This document shows, piece after piece, positions 28,483-38,980 of a stretch of 64,000 nt of DNA; position 1 is the first letter of the stretch, and every line of letters begins with the position of its first letter. Source of the DNA: an uncultured Veillonellaceae bacterium (GTDB lineage Bacteria > Bacillota > Negativicutes > JARBTT01); NCBI GenBank assembly GCA_963805085.1, contig CAWDTA010000003.1, forward strand, positions 256,001 through 320,000. The letters are read 5' to 3'. A program made the translations under genes and the position numbers. The notes beneath the pieces are model-generated. The model had not been told where the DNA came from and made no database searches. It saw only the letters and a program-made list of their open reading frames with translations.

Positions 28483-31400
28483 TTACAATAACGATTATAA
28501 AAAACCCGTTTGATCATAGTGAAAAAGAAGTCTATACGTTAGAATACATCCCTGAAAAAACGGCATTTGAGTATGTTCAGCCTTATATTATGGGATTGGA
28601 GGACTATATTGTCAGTATCAACGGCGACGTTGCGGAGGATGCAAAAGTACAGGTGGTAAATTGTGATGACTGGCTGGCCGTTTGTCCAATTGTCGGTAAA
28701 AGTGGCCGGGACTGGTTTAGAACTATTGGAACGATGGCAATGGGATACGCTGTTAGCGGGTTGGGAAATGCGAAGGCTTGGAGAGCCTTTTGGGGAGAAA
28801 GTAAATTCTGGGCTAATATGGCCGCTGGGGCTGTTGGCTTAGTCGGCGGAACATTAATCAACCATTGGTTCCCTGCGGCCAAAGCAGATCAGGTCGAAAC
28901 CAAATCATCCTACAACTGGAGCAACGCGCAATCACAAACCGGTCAGGGCAATGCTCTGGCCGTTACGTATGGTACCATGCGGACAGCGGGGCAGATACTT
29001 GCACAGCATGTGTCAAGTAATGACGAAGATCAGTATCTGAATATCCTGCTGTGCGGCGGCGAAGGGCCGATTGACAGTATTAACGATATTCGGATTAATG
29101 ACAATCCCATTTCTTACTATAAAGGCGTAACTGTTGAAACCAGACTAGGTGCTAATGATCAAGCAGCGATTGCCAATTTTAACGATACCTATGATGATCA
29201 GTCGTTAGCCTACGAACTCAATACCGACGGCAGTTGGGCCACGCAGCAAACTGAGGGGAATGCGGTAGAGGGACTGGAAATCACGTTGCAGTTTCCCGGC
29301 GGTTTATACTATGTCAATGATGACAGCGGCCTAGGAAATGCCTCTGTTACTGTAATCATGCAGTACCGTAAAGTCGGTGATACGGATTGGAATAGTGTTA
29401 CTACCGCCACCATTACGGCAGCGAAAAACACCGCTTTTTTCCGAACCTATCGCCTAGATAATTTTACTGCCAATCAATATGAAGTAAGAGCCCAGTGTAC
29501 ATCTAAAAGTGGTACAAGTACTCGGTATTCCACCCACGTGTATTGGACGCAGCTATCGAGCATCATGTATGACGATTTTGCCCGTCCCGGCAAGGTACTT
29601 GTCGGCATCAAGGCGCTCGCAACCAACCAGTTGAGTGGAGGCACGCCGAGTATAACCTGGCTGCAGACTCGCGATAAGGTTTGGGTCTGGAATTCTGAAA
29701 CCAGCAAATATGAACAAAAATCTGCTGCGAATCCGGCTTGGGCGGCCTATGATATGATTCACCGTTGCCGACAGATTAAAAATATCCACACCGGTGGCTA
29801 CGAGTTTGTTGTCCAAGGCGCTCCGGCATCGCGAGCAGTGTATCAGGATTTCGTCCGATGGGCGACGTTTTGCGATGATCGAAGTTTAACCTTCAATTAT
29901 ATCTTCGATACGGCGAATGATCTCTGGACATTGCTGCAGAAACCAGAGGGCGTTGGGCGGGGCAAAGTTATCATGCGGGGTACAAAGTTTGGTTGTGTCT
30001 GCGATGCTCCCGGTGATCCAGTGCAACTATTTACTGTTGGCAATATCCTTACCGATAAATTCAAGGAAAGCTTCGTCAGCCTGAAGGATCGGGCCAACGC
30101 GATAGAAGTTTCCTTTCCTAATAAAAACAAAGCCTATGAAAAGGAAGTTATTACGGTTTATGCTGACGATTATGACGAGTCGACAGAACCCAATATCACC
30201 CAGATTACCTTGGATGGCGCTACCACTGTCGAACAGGCTTACCGGGAAGCCAAATATCGGTTAAGGCTAAATCAATACCTAGTGCGGACGGTGGAACACA
30301 GCGCAGATATTGATGCAATCGCCTGCCAAATTAACGATGTTGTCCTATTGGCGCATGATGTGCCACAGTGGGGCTTTTCCGGACGCCTGCTTGCTGCAAC
30401 GGCGACGACACTGCAGCTTGATCGCGAGGTAACGCTCGAACCGGACAAATCCTACGCTGTGGCGCTTCAGATTACCAATTTGGCGGCAACGGCGAATCAA
30501 GACGTCCAAACTATTGTAACTGTCGGTGTGCAGGGGGTAACAGAGGAAACTACCACCGATACGATCACCGTTATTGATTCGTTGTCTACAGTTCCACTAA
30601 AGTGGGATCTCTATAGCTTTGGTGAAACGAACAAAGTTGTTAAGCCGTTTAGAGTACTCAATATCAGTCGTGATCAGGACCTAAGGCGCAAAATTTCTTG
30701 CCTTGAATATATTGAGGAAATCTACACGGAGGCAACAGATATACCTGAAATAAATTATAGCGAGCTGGATACGATGCCTGAGGCTAGTAGTCTAAGTGTC
30801 GCTGAAGAAACCTACCGACAAAAAGATGGCACTATGGTTTCTGATCTTAATGTTTCTTGGCGCATCCCGCGTACGAATGAGATCAGTGGTTATAAAGTAC
30901 TGTATAGTAGCGACAATGGCACGACCTGGACGGAGTGGTGCAGAGGTATAAAAGTGCTAAGTACTTCAATTGTCGGCGTAAAAACGGCGACTACGTATTT
31001 GGTAAAGGTTTGCACCATCAATATTCTTAACAACGTATCGAATGGAATTCAGGCTTCAATATATGTTACCGGGAAAGATCGTCCGCCATCCGATGTTGCC
31101 AGTTTGGCGGCCTCGTTTGATACTACAGATTTATCAAAAGTCATTCTGTCATGGTCAGCGGTTGATGATATTGATCTAGCTGGATACCGAATTCGAGAAG
31201 GTACGAAGATTATCGAAAATCTGGCTCAGATTACGACCTATACCTATGCTGCAACTGAAAGCCGTGCGCACACCTTCGCGGTTACGGCTGTCGATAATTC
31301 TGGCAATGAGTCTGCTGCGGCAGCTACGGTAACTGTAAAGGTAACCGTTGAGCCAGCCGATGTTCAAGATTTTGCTATTAAGCAGCGAGCGTCCGACCGT

Positions 31401-33422
31401 TGCTATGTGGACATGTCCTGGACGGCAATTGCCGATACCAGTCTATCGCACTACGAAATTCGTATGGCAACGAATGATGACTGGAGTTCAGCCACCGTTA
31501 TTGCCAGTCAACTAAAAGCCACTAGTTATAGTTATCAGCTGATGTCAGAAGGCTATATCTATTTCTTTATCAAGGCAGTAAATTCCGGTGGTTATTACAG
31601 CACAGCGGCGGCTGAAGATGCGCTGCAAGTAGTTTTGAAGCCGGATGCTGTTGCCAATCTCTCAGCTACTCAAAGCTCCAAAGATAAAAGTATCGTCATT
31701 TTAACCTGGGATGCGGTAAGTGGGGATGACATTGCCGGATATAAAGTTACGGTAGACGACGGCACATATATTACTAAAGAGCTTACCCATAGCTATGAGG
31801 CAAGTGAGAATAAGACGTATACTTTCTCGGTGCAGTCTATAACTACAGCGGGATATTGTTCTAAGGCCACAAGCTGCAGTATTGCTGTGACAATCTCGGC
31901 GATAGACGTTACCGGATTTTCCGTCAGACAATCCTCGACTGACCGGACGAAGATCATTTTAACGTGGGATACTCCGATAGAGCTTGATGTATCGTACTAT
32001 ATTATCAAGCTTGGCACGTCATGGGAGACGGCTGCGATCTTAGGCAGCCGGGTAACTGGTACAACATATGAAACGACGATAACCACTGAGACGAAACATT
32101 CATTTTTGATTAAAGCGGTTACCTTGGCCGGAAATGAGAGTCAATATCCAGCAGAAGTCAATTGCGTATTTGACCTTAATCCCGTCCCGGTAACGAACAT
32201 CATTTTGTCGCAATCGTCCGCTGATAAATCGGTGCTGAACATATCCTGGACAGGCATCTTGGAGAGTGATCTAGCCTACTATGATGTGCGAGTAGGCTCT
32301 TCCTGGGACGATGCAACGCAAATTGTAACTACCAAGGAAACTAGTTGCACATACACTTTGAGTGCAAGTGGTACGGTAAAAATTCTCATAAAATCAATGA
32401 ACGTAGCCGAGTATTATTCGGAAGAAGCTACGGCAGCCCTCTATTGTACGATAGAGCCAGCAACAGTATCCAATTTTCGGGTGTACCAAAACGGTGAATA
32501 TGTGGAATTGTATTGGGATAAAGCGGTTGAGGCCGATGTGGTAAGCTACGAAATCCGGGAAGGGTCAAGCTTCAGCATCGGTTCATTGGTGGTGACAGGA
32601 CAGACGACAACAAACTATAAGTATATCGTGGATACCGAGCGAAAGTACCAGTATCACATTAAAGCAATTAATAAAAGCGGGTTTTATAGTTCGTCGGCTA
32701 CCAGTGGCAGTGTGATTGTGAGTGATCTTTCAGCAAGAAATGTGATTGAATCCTTTAATGAACTTACGCTACAATCCGGTACACACGCCAATACGGCTAT
32801 TGGCACGTCGCAGTATAAATTTAGCAATCTAGGCGGTAAGTTTAGTGATTATACGACAACGAAATATAGTGAAATTGGTGGAGCAACTGTGCTTAAATTA
32901 GCGATGAATGATGCAGTGTATTATTCTTCCGGCGTATATACGGGCGAGCAGATAGACATCGGTCAGATTATCACCGCCAATATAACGGCTTATTTTGTTT
33001 CAACAGTACTTTTTGTGGCGGGAACTTCGGCTGCGCTCGAATATAGGACGAGCCAGGATGGCAGCACGTTTACAGACTGGCAGGATTTTAAGGCTGTACA
33101 GGCAACCTTCCGCTATTTGGAATTTCGGGCGATCTTGGCTACGACGGATACAACCAAAACACCGGAGGTTAACCATTTTACTATTTCGGTGGATGTGCCG
33201 GACACAGATTTGAGCTTAACGGCTACCGTAGCCGCTGGTGGGACTACAATTAACTATGGACAGACATTTTATATGATTCCGGTGGTTACGCCAACAGCGA
33301 TAGGTGAGAACCTATATGCACAGGTAATATCAAAAACGAAATCCAGCGTAACACTTAAGGTGAAAGACTCGTCAAGTAATGACGTTGGTGGAATGGTAGA
33401 TTTACGAGTTAAAGGATATTAA
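28479..33422 (+). CDS. Central tail fibre / tip attachment protein (lambda gpI+gpJ-like) with tandem FN3-like repeats
   Basis: YG..RTAGQ, GEGPIDSI, NPAWAAYD, NAIEVSF motifs; about seven P..V..[FL]....W....D...Y repeats. Confidence 0.85.
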   Translation: MITITIIKNPFDHSEKEVYTLEYIPEKTAFEYVQPYIMGLEDYIVSINGDVAEDAKVQVVNCDDWLAVCPIVGKSGRDWFRTIGTMAMGYAVSGLGNAKAWRAFWGESKFWANMAAGAVGLVGGTLINHWFPAAKADQVETKSSYNWSNAQSQTGQGNALAVTYGTMRTAGQILAQHVSSNDEDQYLNILLCGGEGPIDSINDIRINDNPISYYKGVTVETRLGANDQAAIANFNDTYDDQSLAYELNTDGSWATQQTEGNAVEGLEITLQFPGGLYYVNDDSGLGNASVTVIMQYRKVGDTDWNSVTTATITAAKNTAFFRTYRLDNFTANQYEVRAQCTSKSGTSTRYSTHVYWTQLSSIMYDDFARPGKVLVGIKALATNQLSGGTPSITWLQTRDKVWVWNSETSKYEQKSAANPAWAAYDMIHRCRQIKNIHTGGYEFVVQGAPASRAVYQDFVRWATFCDDRSLTFNYIFDTANDLWTLLQKPEGVGRGKVIMRGTKFGCVCDAPGDPVQLFTVGNILTDKFKESFVSLKDRANAIEVSFPNKNKAYEKEVITVYADDYDESTEPNITQITLDGATTVEQAYREAKYRLRLNQYLVRTVEHSADIDAIACQINDVVLLAHDVPQWGFSGRLLAATATTLQLDREVTLEPDKSYAVALQITNLAATANQDVQTIVTVGVQGVTEETTTDTITVIDSLSTVPLKWDLYSFGETNKVVKPFRVLNISRDQDLRRKISCLEYIEEIYTEATDIPEINYSELDTMPEASSLSVAEETYRQKDGTMVSDLNVSWRIPRTNEISGYKVLYSSDNGTTWTEWCRGIKVLSTSIVGVKTATTYLVKVCTINILNNVSNGIQASIYVTGKDRPPSDVASLAASFDTTDLSKVILSWSAVDDIDLAGYRIREGTKIIENLAQITTYTYAATESRAHTFAVTAVDNSGNESAAAATVTVKVTVEPADVQDFAIKQRASDRCYVDMSWTAIADTSLSHYEIRMATNDDWSSATVIASQLKATSYSYQLMSEGYIYFFIKAVNSGGYYSTAAAEDALQVVLKPDAVANLSATQSSKDKSIVILTWDAVSGDDIAGYKVTVDDGTYITKELTHSYEASENKTYTFSVQSITTAGYCSKATSCSIAVTISAIDVTGFSVRQSSTDRTKIILTWDTPIELDVSYYIIKLGTSWETAAILGSRVTGTTYETTITTETKHSFLIKAVTLAGNESQYPAEVNCVFDLNPVPVTNIILSQSSADKSVLNISWTGILESDLAYYDVRVGSSWDDATQIVTTKETSCTYTLSASGTVKILIKSMNVAEYYSEEATAALYCTIEPATVSNFRVYQNGEYVELYWDKAVEADVVSYEIREGSSFSIGSLVVTGQTTTNYKYIVDTERKYQYHIKAINKSGFYSSSATSGSVIVSDLSARNVIESFNELTLQSGTHANTAIGTSQYKFSNLGGKFSDYTTTKYSEIGGATVLKLAMNDAVYYSSGVYTGEQIDIGQIITANITAYFVSTVLFVAGTSAALEYRTSQDGSTFTDWQDFKAVQATFRYLEFRAILATTDTTKTPEVNHFTISVDVPDTDLSLTATVAAGGTTINYGQTFYMIPVVTPTAIGENLYAQVISKTKSSVTLKVKDSSSNDVGGMVDLRVKGY

Positions 33423-33434
33423 ATATTTTGTGGG

Positions 33435-34751
33435 GTGAATTATATGTCATACAATAGCAAACTACCTATGGATGATGAATATATCGCGGCAGGTCCAACG
33501 GATATTCGCGAAAATCTTAGGGCATTAAAAGAGGATCAAATCGTCGATGCAGGAACGTTGGCTGGCTTGCCGGTGGGGAACGCCAGTGGCAATATTCCAG
33601 AAGCAAATGGAATCGTAAATAAGAATTTAAACGCCGACCTATTAGATGGGTATGAGGCAAGTGATTTTGCTACAGCGAGTCACAATCATTCGGCATCTAC
33701 AGCCTCAACCGCCGGATTTATGAGTGCTGCCGATAAAACCAAGCTGGACGGCATAGCCACCGGCGCCCAAGTTAACCAAAACGCCTTCGGAAATGTGGTG
33801 GTGGGTGGTACAACTCTTCAGGCTGATTCGATGACTGACACATTAACGTTAACAGCAGGAACAAACATTTCTCTTACTCCCGATGCCACCAATGACGCGG
33901 TAACGATTGCTGTATCAGGGACAGTACCTTCAGCCACTACGGCCACCACTTGCTCTGGTAATGCCGATACGGCTACGAAGTGGGCGACCGCCCGGACGCT
34001 GAGTTTTACTGGCGATGCCACAGGATCGATGTCTGTAGACGGAACAGCTGCGGCTAACGCTGAGCTAACCCTTAAGTCTACCGGTGTAACTGCAGGAACC
34101 TATCGAAGTGTTACCGTCGATGCCCAAGGCAGGGTGATAGCTGGGGCGAGTCCCACTTCTGAGGCTATTGATATAACAGGTAATGCGGCGACGGCTACTT
34201 CATGTAGTAGCGTAGCAAATGATAGCGGTAATATGCAATTCCATTGGAATGGACAAAGTGGGCAGCCAACTTGGCTGTGGGGTGGAAATGATTTTGGTAA
34301 TATGTATGTATATAAACCAAGTAATTTTAGGGTGAATTATGCGGATACTGCTGGAAACGCAAATACGCTTAATGGCAAAACTATTGCTGATTTAGGAACA
34401 GTTAAATTTAACACACAATATAGTGCTTCTTTTGACGGTAAGATTCTTAAAATAGTTGGCGAATTAACTAAATCTACTACTGCAACCGGTAAAGTTGCCC
34501 ATGGCGCGATTATAGCTGTACCAAGTGGATATACAAGAAGTCAAATTTATAGAGTGGATTTAACCCCTGTGTCTGGAAGTGCTGATAGCTATTATACTCC
34601 GGATGTTTGCAGTTATGATTATTCTAGCGGTCAGGTAACTTGCTATGTAGATATTACAACTACAAGTGGTGGCGGTATTTGTTCTGGACCAAGCACATAT
34701 ACAAAACGGCATTATGGTTCTGCTACTTATACGTTATATGCCGCACAATAA
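33435..34751 (+). CDS. Tail fibre / receptor-binding protein
   Basis: NADLLDG, AGFMSAADKTKLDGI, GNA.TAT.W.TAR, GV.AGTY.SVTVD..GRV fibre motifs. Confidence 0.8.
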   Translation: MNYMSYNSKLPMDDEYIAAGPTDIRENLRALKEDQIVDAGTLAGLPVGNASGNIPEANGIVNKNLNADLLDGYEASDFATASHNHSASTASTAGFMSAADKTKLDGIATGAQVNQNAFGNVVVGGTTLQADSMTDTLTLTAGTNISLTPDATNDAVTIAVSGTVPSATTATTCSGNADTATKWATARTLSFTGDATGSMSVDGTAAANAELTLKSTGVTAGTYRSVTVDAQGRVIAGASPTSEAIDITGNAATATSCSSVANDSGNMQFHWNGQSGQPTWLWGGNDFGNMYVYKPSNFRVNYADTAGNANTLNGKTIADLGTVKFNTQYSASFDGKILKIVGELTKSTTATGKVAHGAIIAVPSGYTRSQIYRVDLTPVSGSADSYYTPDVCSYDYSSGQVTCYVDITTTSGGGICSGPSTYTKRHYGSATYTLYAAQ

Positions 34752-34769
34752 TAATTGGGAGATGATCAC

Positions 34770-35033
34770 ATGTTTATTATATTAAGAGATAATAAAGTTG
34801 TAAGTACGGCTAGTAGTAAGCCTTGTGAAGAAGATCTAAAAAATAGAAATGAATTTAGCCTGGAAAAGGATACTGATACGAGAATTTCTATTGGGGATAT
34901 TTATGCCAATGGTAAATTTTCACCATCGGAAGAACCGATTAAGGAACCTGAGGAAATTCCATTAGAAGAGTTATCTAATGAATCGCTTATGCAGTTAATT
35001 CGTGCAATGTATCAAAATAGTTATTATTATTAA
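34770..35033 (+). CDS. Putative tail fibre assembly/chaperone protein
   Basis: Small acidic protein after the fibre gene, with IGD.Y.NG.F..P motif. Confidence 0.55.
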   Translation: MFIILRDNKVVSTASSKPCEEDLKNRNEFSLEKDTDTRISIGDIYANGKFSPSEEPIKEPEEIPLEELSNESLMQLIRAMYQNSYYY

Positions 35034-35280
35034 GGCGGAGTTGATAGGATAGTTGTTCGTAATAACTGGACTAAGCTGCTCTATATAAAAGTTTTTATTA
35101 GAAATAGTTCTTCCGATGGTGAATTTTCACCATCGGAAGAACCAATTAAAGAGCCTAAAAAAGTTCCATTAGAAGAATTATCTAATGAATCGCTTTTACA
35201 TTTTATTCGTACGTTGTATCAAGATAGTTATTATTAAGGAGGCGTTGACATGCTAGCTATTCATAGTAACTGGACTAAGC
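34909..35280 (+). repeat. Imperfect tandem duplication (period about 205 bp) of the chaperone 3' end plus the next gene's 5' end
   Basis: 34909-35076 matches 35116-35280. Confidence 0.85.
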
Positions 35281-36101
35281 CGTTTTATACAAAAAAAGCT
35301 TTGAATACAGAATATCGGCTAGAAGATTATGATGTTATAACAACGATATTATCCGCTTTAAAATGGCGACAACATAATGGCAGCATAAGAATGGTAACGG
35401 ATAATAGGGGGTTAGAATATTATAAAAAATTGGGGATAACGGATATATGGGATTTAGGAGTAGATACGTTTTTAGAAAGTATAACAATCAACCAGGATTT
35501 ATTTTGGTCTGCTGGTAAAATATATGCATTAAAAAATCAATTGTTACCCTGTGTAATCATGGATACTGATTTTATCGTGTGGGAGAAAATCGAAGATGAA
35601 TGGTGGAGTCATAAAATAGCTGCTATTCATGCTGAACCGGCTGTTTTCGCTAAAGAACTTTTTAAGATGAAACCAGGCTATGTATTTGATTCGCGTTTGG
35701 ATTGGAATATTACGCCGTTTAATGCTGGATTTGTTTTCTTTAATGATCAAGAGTTTGTTAGTTATTATTTAGATGAAGTTATTACATTTATGGAGAATGT
35801 AGAACCAGAGAACAAAAAAAGTTTATGTACTCCTTTTGCTGATGAGCACATTTTAGCGATGTGTGCTAAGAAAGAAGAAATAGAAATAAGAGCATTTATA
35901 GAATTGGCAAAAGCCAGAGAACAAAAGAGATTTAGCCATATTTGGATGTATAAAAATGTATTAAGGATGAATCCTGTTCTAAGAAAAGATTTTTGTATTA
36001 AGTTTTTAAATCGTATCATAACTGAGTTTCCGGAATATAAAGATATGATTTATAATATCGAAATGTTTCATGTATATTTGAAAGATGGTGATATAGTATG
36101 A
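35250..36101 (+). CDS. DUF6734-like putative glycosyltransferase-fold protein (paralog 1)
   Basis: HSNWTKPF, LSAL.WR, TD..G, FWS.GK, MDTD (DxD), NAG. Confidence 0.6.
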   Translation: MLAIHSNWTKPFYTKKALNTEYRLEDYDVITTILSALKWRQHNGSIRMVTDNRGLEYYKKLGITDIWDLGVDTFLESITINQDLFWSAGKIYALKNQLLPCVIMDTDFIVWEKIEDEWWSHKIAAIHAEPAVFAKELFKMKPGYVFDSRLDWNITPFNAGFVFFNDQEFVSYYLDEVITFMENVEPENKKSLCTPFADEHILAMCAKKEEIEIRAFIELAKAREQKRFSHIWMYKNVLRMNPVLRKDFCIKFLNRIITEFPEYKDMIYNIEMFHVYLKDGDIV

Positions 36102-37015
36102 TCGCTAATCACACGAATTGGACTAAGCCCTTTTATGTAAAAAATGGTTTAGATGTAGAATATACAATGGAAGATTATGATGTTATAACAACTATATTAT
36201 CTGCTTTAAAGTGGAGAGAATTTAATGGTAGTATAAGGATGATAACAGACAATATCGGTTTAGAATATTATAAAAAATTAGGCATAACGTCTATATGGGA
36301 TTTAGGCGTAGATGCTTCTTTGGAACAATTTAATGAAAAATCGTATATTGACTATAGTGCTTTTTGGTCGATTGGGAAGGTGTTATCATTAAAAACACAA
36401 CAATTACCCTATGTAATGATGGACACAGATCTCTTGGTATGGGAAACCATTGAAGATACATGGTGGGAAAACGAATTGGTTGCCATTCACACCGAACCTC
36501 TGGCAGGCTTCTATTTTGATAAAAATAAAATGCAAGAACACATGAAACCAGAATATAATTTTGATTCTGAATGGGATTGGGATCTGTTGCCGTTCAATAC
36601 AGGATTTACATTTTTCAACAATAAAAAATTCGTAGAGTATTATTTGAACGAAGTGATAAGGTTTATGAAAAACATAAATCCATCAAAAGAATGTACACCG
36701 ACAGAGAAAAGAGTAATATATTCTATATTTACAGACCAAAGATTGTTTTCTATGTGTGCGAAAAAAATAGGGATAGAAATAAAACCATTCATGAACTTGA
36801 AAAATGCCAGAAGGCAAACGAGATTTTCACACATTTGGATGTATAAAGATAGATTAAAAAGTGATCCTGCTATCCGCAAAGATTTTTGCGTTAAGTTTTT
36901 AAATCGTATAGTAACAGAGTTTCCCGAATATGAAGCTATGATTTATAACATCGAAATGTTTCATAAATATTTAAAACTTAAGCTTTCCAGCACAAGTCTG
37001 CAAGAAAAATTGTAA
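36098..37015 (+). CDS. DUF6734-like putative glycosyltransferase-fold protein (paralog 2)
   Basis: Clear paralog of 35250 with the same motifs; ATGA overlap. Confidence 0.6.
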   Translation: MIANHTNWTKPFYVKNGLDVEYTMEDYDVITTILSALKWREFNGSIRMITDNIGLEYYKKLGITSIWDLGVDASLEQFNEKSYIDYSAFWSIGKVLSLKTQQLPYVMMDTDLLVWETIEDTWWENELVAIHTEPLAGFYFDKNKMQEHMKPEYNFDSEWDWDLLPFNTGFTFFNNKKFVEYYLNEVIRFMKNINPSKECTPTEKRVIYSIFTDQRLFSMCAKKIGIEIKPFMNLKNARRQTRFSHIWMYKDRLKSDPAIRKDFCVKFLNRIVTEFPEYEAMIYNIEMFHKYLKLKLSSTSLQEKL

Positions 37016-37313
37016 CAAGTAAGAGCCTAGGGGCTCTATTTTATTTTGAGGTAATTTATGCGATGGTTCAAAAGGGCATCTTTAGTTTATCTTCTAGTAT
37101 TGCACTGACCGAAATCTTAGTACTGAAACTGTAAAATTCTACCGAAGTTTTAATGAGACCAATTTGAAAGTCAAGTTGGTCTAGTTGTCATGGAAAAATC
37201 TAATACGATTTTTCAAAAAATAGCAAAAATTATCTTGATCTTTTTAGCGAGTTTTTTATGCCGTTTAAAAAGTGCTTTATATTGAATGTATATCAATGAA
37301 GAGGGGGGAGGAT

Positions 37314-37487
37314 GTGGGAGATGATACTGTTCTTAGATTAATCAACAAAATAGACGATTTAAGTGATCGGTTGGCTAGAGTTGAAACATTGCTGGAAGAA
37401 CGGGAGAAAAGCAAAGTAAGTATTGTTGGATTACTCGCGTGGTTAACAACTACCGTAATAGCAGTTTATGGGGTGTCACATAAATAG
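37314..37487 (+). CDS. Holin-like / XhlA-like small membrane protein
   Basis: Coiled coil RLARVE followed by one C-terminal TM helix; precedes the endolysin; GTG start after strong RBS. Confidence 0.6.
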   Translation: MGDDTVLRLINKIDDLSDRLARVETLLEEREKSKVSIVGLLAWLTTTVIAVYGVSHK

Positions 37488-37503
37488 AGAGGAGGGACTA
37501 GAG

Positions 37504-38064
37504 TTGAGAAAAGTAACACTAGAAGAATTGCGACAGCTTGCTTTAAATAGCAAAGAATCGCTTTGGCAAGCGGCGCACAGCGTAGACCGTGATATAAAGC
37601 TATACCTTCATTGGTCAGCTGGCCATTATGGACAATTTTTTGATGACTATCATATCAATATTGATCAAGATGGTAGTATTCATATCAGCACTGAAGATTT
37701 AAGCACTGTATTAGCGCATACTTGGCATAGAAATACCGGGGGTGTGGGGATTGCTTTAGCTTGTTGCGTAGGTGCTGCTACGAATGGTCTAGGACTCGAA
37801 CCGCCTACAACCAGACAAATTGAAGTTATGGCGCAGGTGGTCAGTGTATTAGCAGATGCCTTAGATTTAACCATCGATCTTCAGCGTGTCATGACGCATG
37901 GGGAGGCTGGTGATAACATGGATGGCTTAGATTTAACCGAAAAATATGGTATGAACAGCACTTGTGAACGCTGGGATGCTGCTATATTGCACAATGGTGA
38001 CACTTGGGGCTCCGGTGGAGATATTTTAAGAGGTAAGGCCATTTGGTATCAAAATAACCCATAA
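37504..38064 (+). CDS. Endolysin, N-acetylmuramoyl-L-alanine amidase (Amidase_2-like)
   Basis: LYLHWSAG, YHINID, AHTWHRN..GIA, THGE zinc-amidase motifs; TTG start after gaggagg. Confidence 0.8.
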   Translation: MRKVTLEELRQLALNSKESLWQAAHSVDRDIKLYLHWSAGHYGQFFDDYHINIDQDGSIHISTEDLSTVLAHTWHRNTGGVGIALACCVGAATNGLGLEPPTTRQIEVMAQVVSVLADALDLTIDLQRVMTHGEAGDNMDGLDLTEKYGMNSTCERWDAAILHNGDTWGSGGDILRGKAIWYQNNP

Positions 38065-38075
38065 GGAGGGCTGAA

Positions 38076-38927
38076 ATGCTTACTATAATTTTCGTTAGGG
38101 GAGACCCAGAAAATATTATTGACCGTACAATTGAGACATTCAGCAAGGGTGATTATTGCCATGTGGCCATTAAATTTCCTTGGGGAATTGTTGAATCACT
38201 GGGGGTACCGGAACTTGGCTTTATGCCGGGTGTAAGGCTGTCTCCAATAAATAAGTATGACGATGCCAATATTTTAGCAATTGACATAAAAATGCCAGAT
38301 CAGGTCGCAGCCGAACGGAAGGCGCAAAACCTAATTGGTAGGTTGTATAGTTATATCGGCTGCTTCGAAGGTGGAACGTATGATATAACCGGTATAAAAT
38401 TGCATCCATGGATTGTTAAAATACTCAACTGGTTTTTAACTAGATTTCTTGGTGTACCACTGAGCATCGATACTGGCGAATGGACAATGAATTGCTCTGA
38501 AACCGTCACCAGAATTTTAAGGGCTGGCGGTCTTGAGGTTTTACCTGGTGTAGATGCCGATTGTATTACGCCAATGGATTTAGTTAGATATTTCAATAAA
38601 AATAATGAGGGGGACTTACAAATGAGTGAAGAAACTACAATATCCACAAATATTCCAACTGACACAGTACCTAGCGAAAGTATTTCTGATGTATTAGCGG
38701 ATTCTGCAAGTACAATAATCGACACCGCTGCAGCTTCTGGCAACACTTCCGTAACCAACTGGGTCACAGAGGAAATCGCAAAACTGAGAGCAGAAATTAA
38801 CTCAACCTCGAACCTTACGGTAGCTGCAAGGGATAAAATTGAAATTGCGGCTTTGGAAGCCATGTCAGTTGTAGCTTTGACTGAGTTAAAAAATCTTACT
38901 GCAAAACTTAAAGACAAAGTATCCTAA
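38076..38927 (+). CDS. Permuted papain-like (YaeF/YiiX-type) amidase fused in frame to a ~100-aa helical protein
   Basis: YCHVAI (His) precedes MNCSE (Cys); internal RBS gaggggg plus ATG at 38622. Confidence 0.65.
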   Translation: MLTIIFVRGDPENIIDRTIETFSKGDYCHVAIKFPWGIVESLGVPELGFMPGVRLSPINKYDDANILAIDIKMPDQVAAERKAQNLIGRLYSYIGCFEGGTYDITGIKLHPWIVKILNWFLTRFLGVPLSIDTGEWTMNCSETVTRILRAGGLEVLPGVDADCITPMDLVRYFNKNNEGDLQMSEETTISTNIPTDTVPSESISDVLADSASTIIDTAAASGNTSVTNWVTEEIAKLRAEINSTSNLTVAARDKIEIAALEAMSVVALTELKNLTAKLKDKVS

Positions 38928-38934
38928 GGAACAT

Positions 38935-38980
38935 AAGAGCAGGCAAATTTACCGTTCGCGGTAAATCTGCCTGCTCTGTT
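38935..38980 (+). terminator. Terminator closing the tail/lysis operon
   Basis: agagcaggcaaatttacc...ggtaaatctgcctgctct. Confidence 0.8.

Noticed and set aside
18400-34751. R-type tailocin, eCIS or T6SS
   Set aside because: No sheath, baseplate wedge, VgrG/PAAR spike or AAA ATPase; the tip genes are lambda M/L/K/J-like.
17554-38927. Complete prophage
   Set aside because: No integrase, repressor/replication module, terminase, portal or capsid gene is recognisable, I saw no att-like repeats, and both flanks are core genes.
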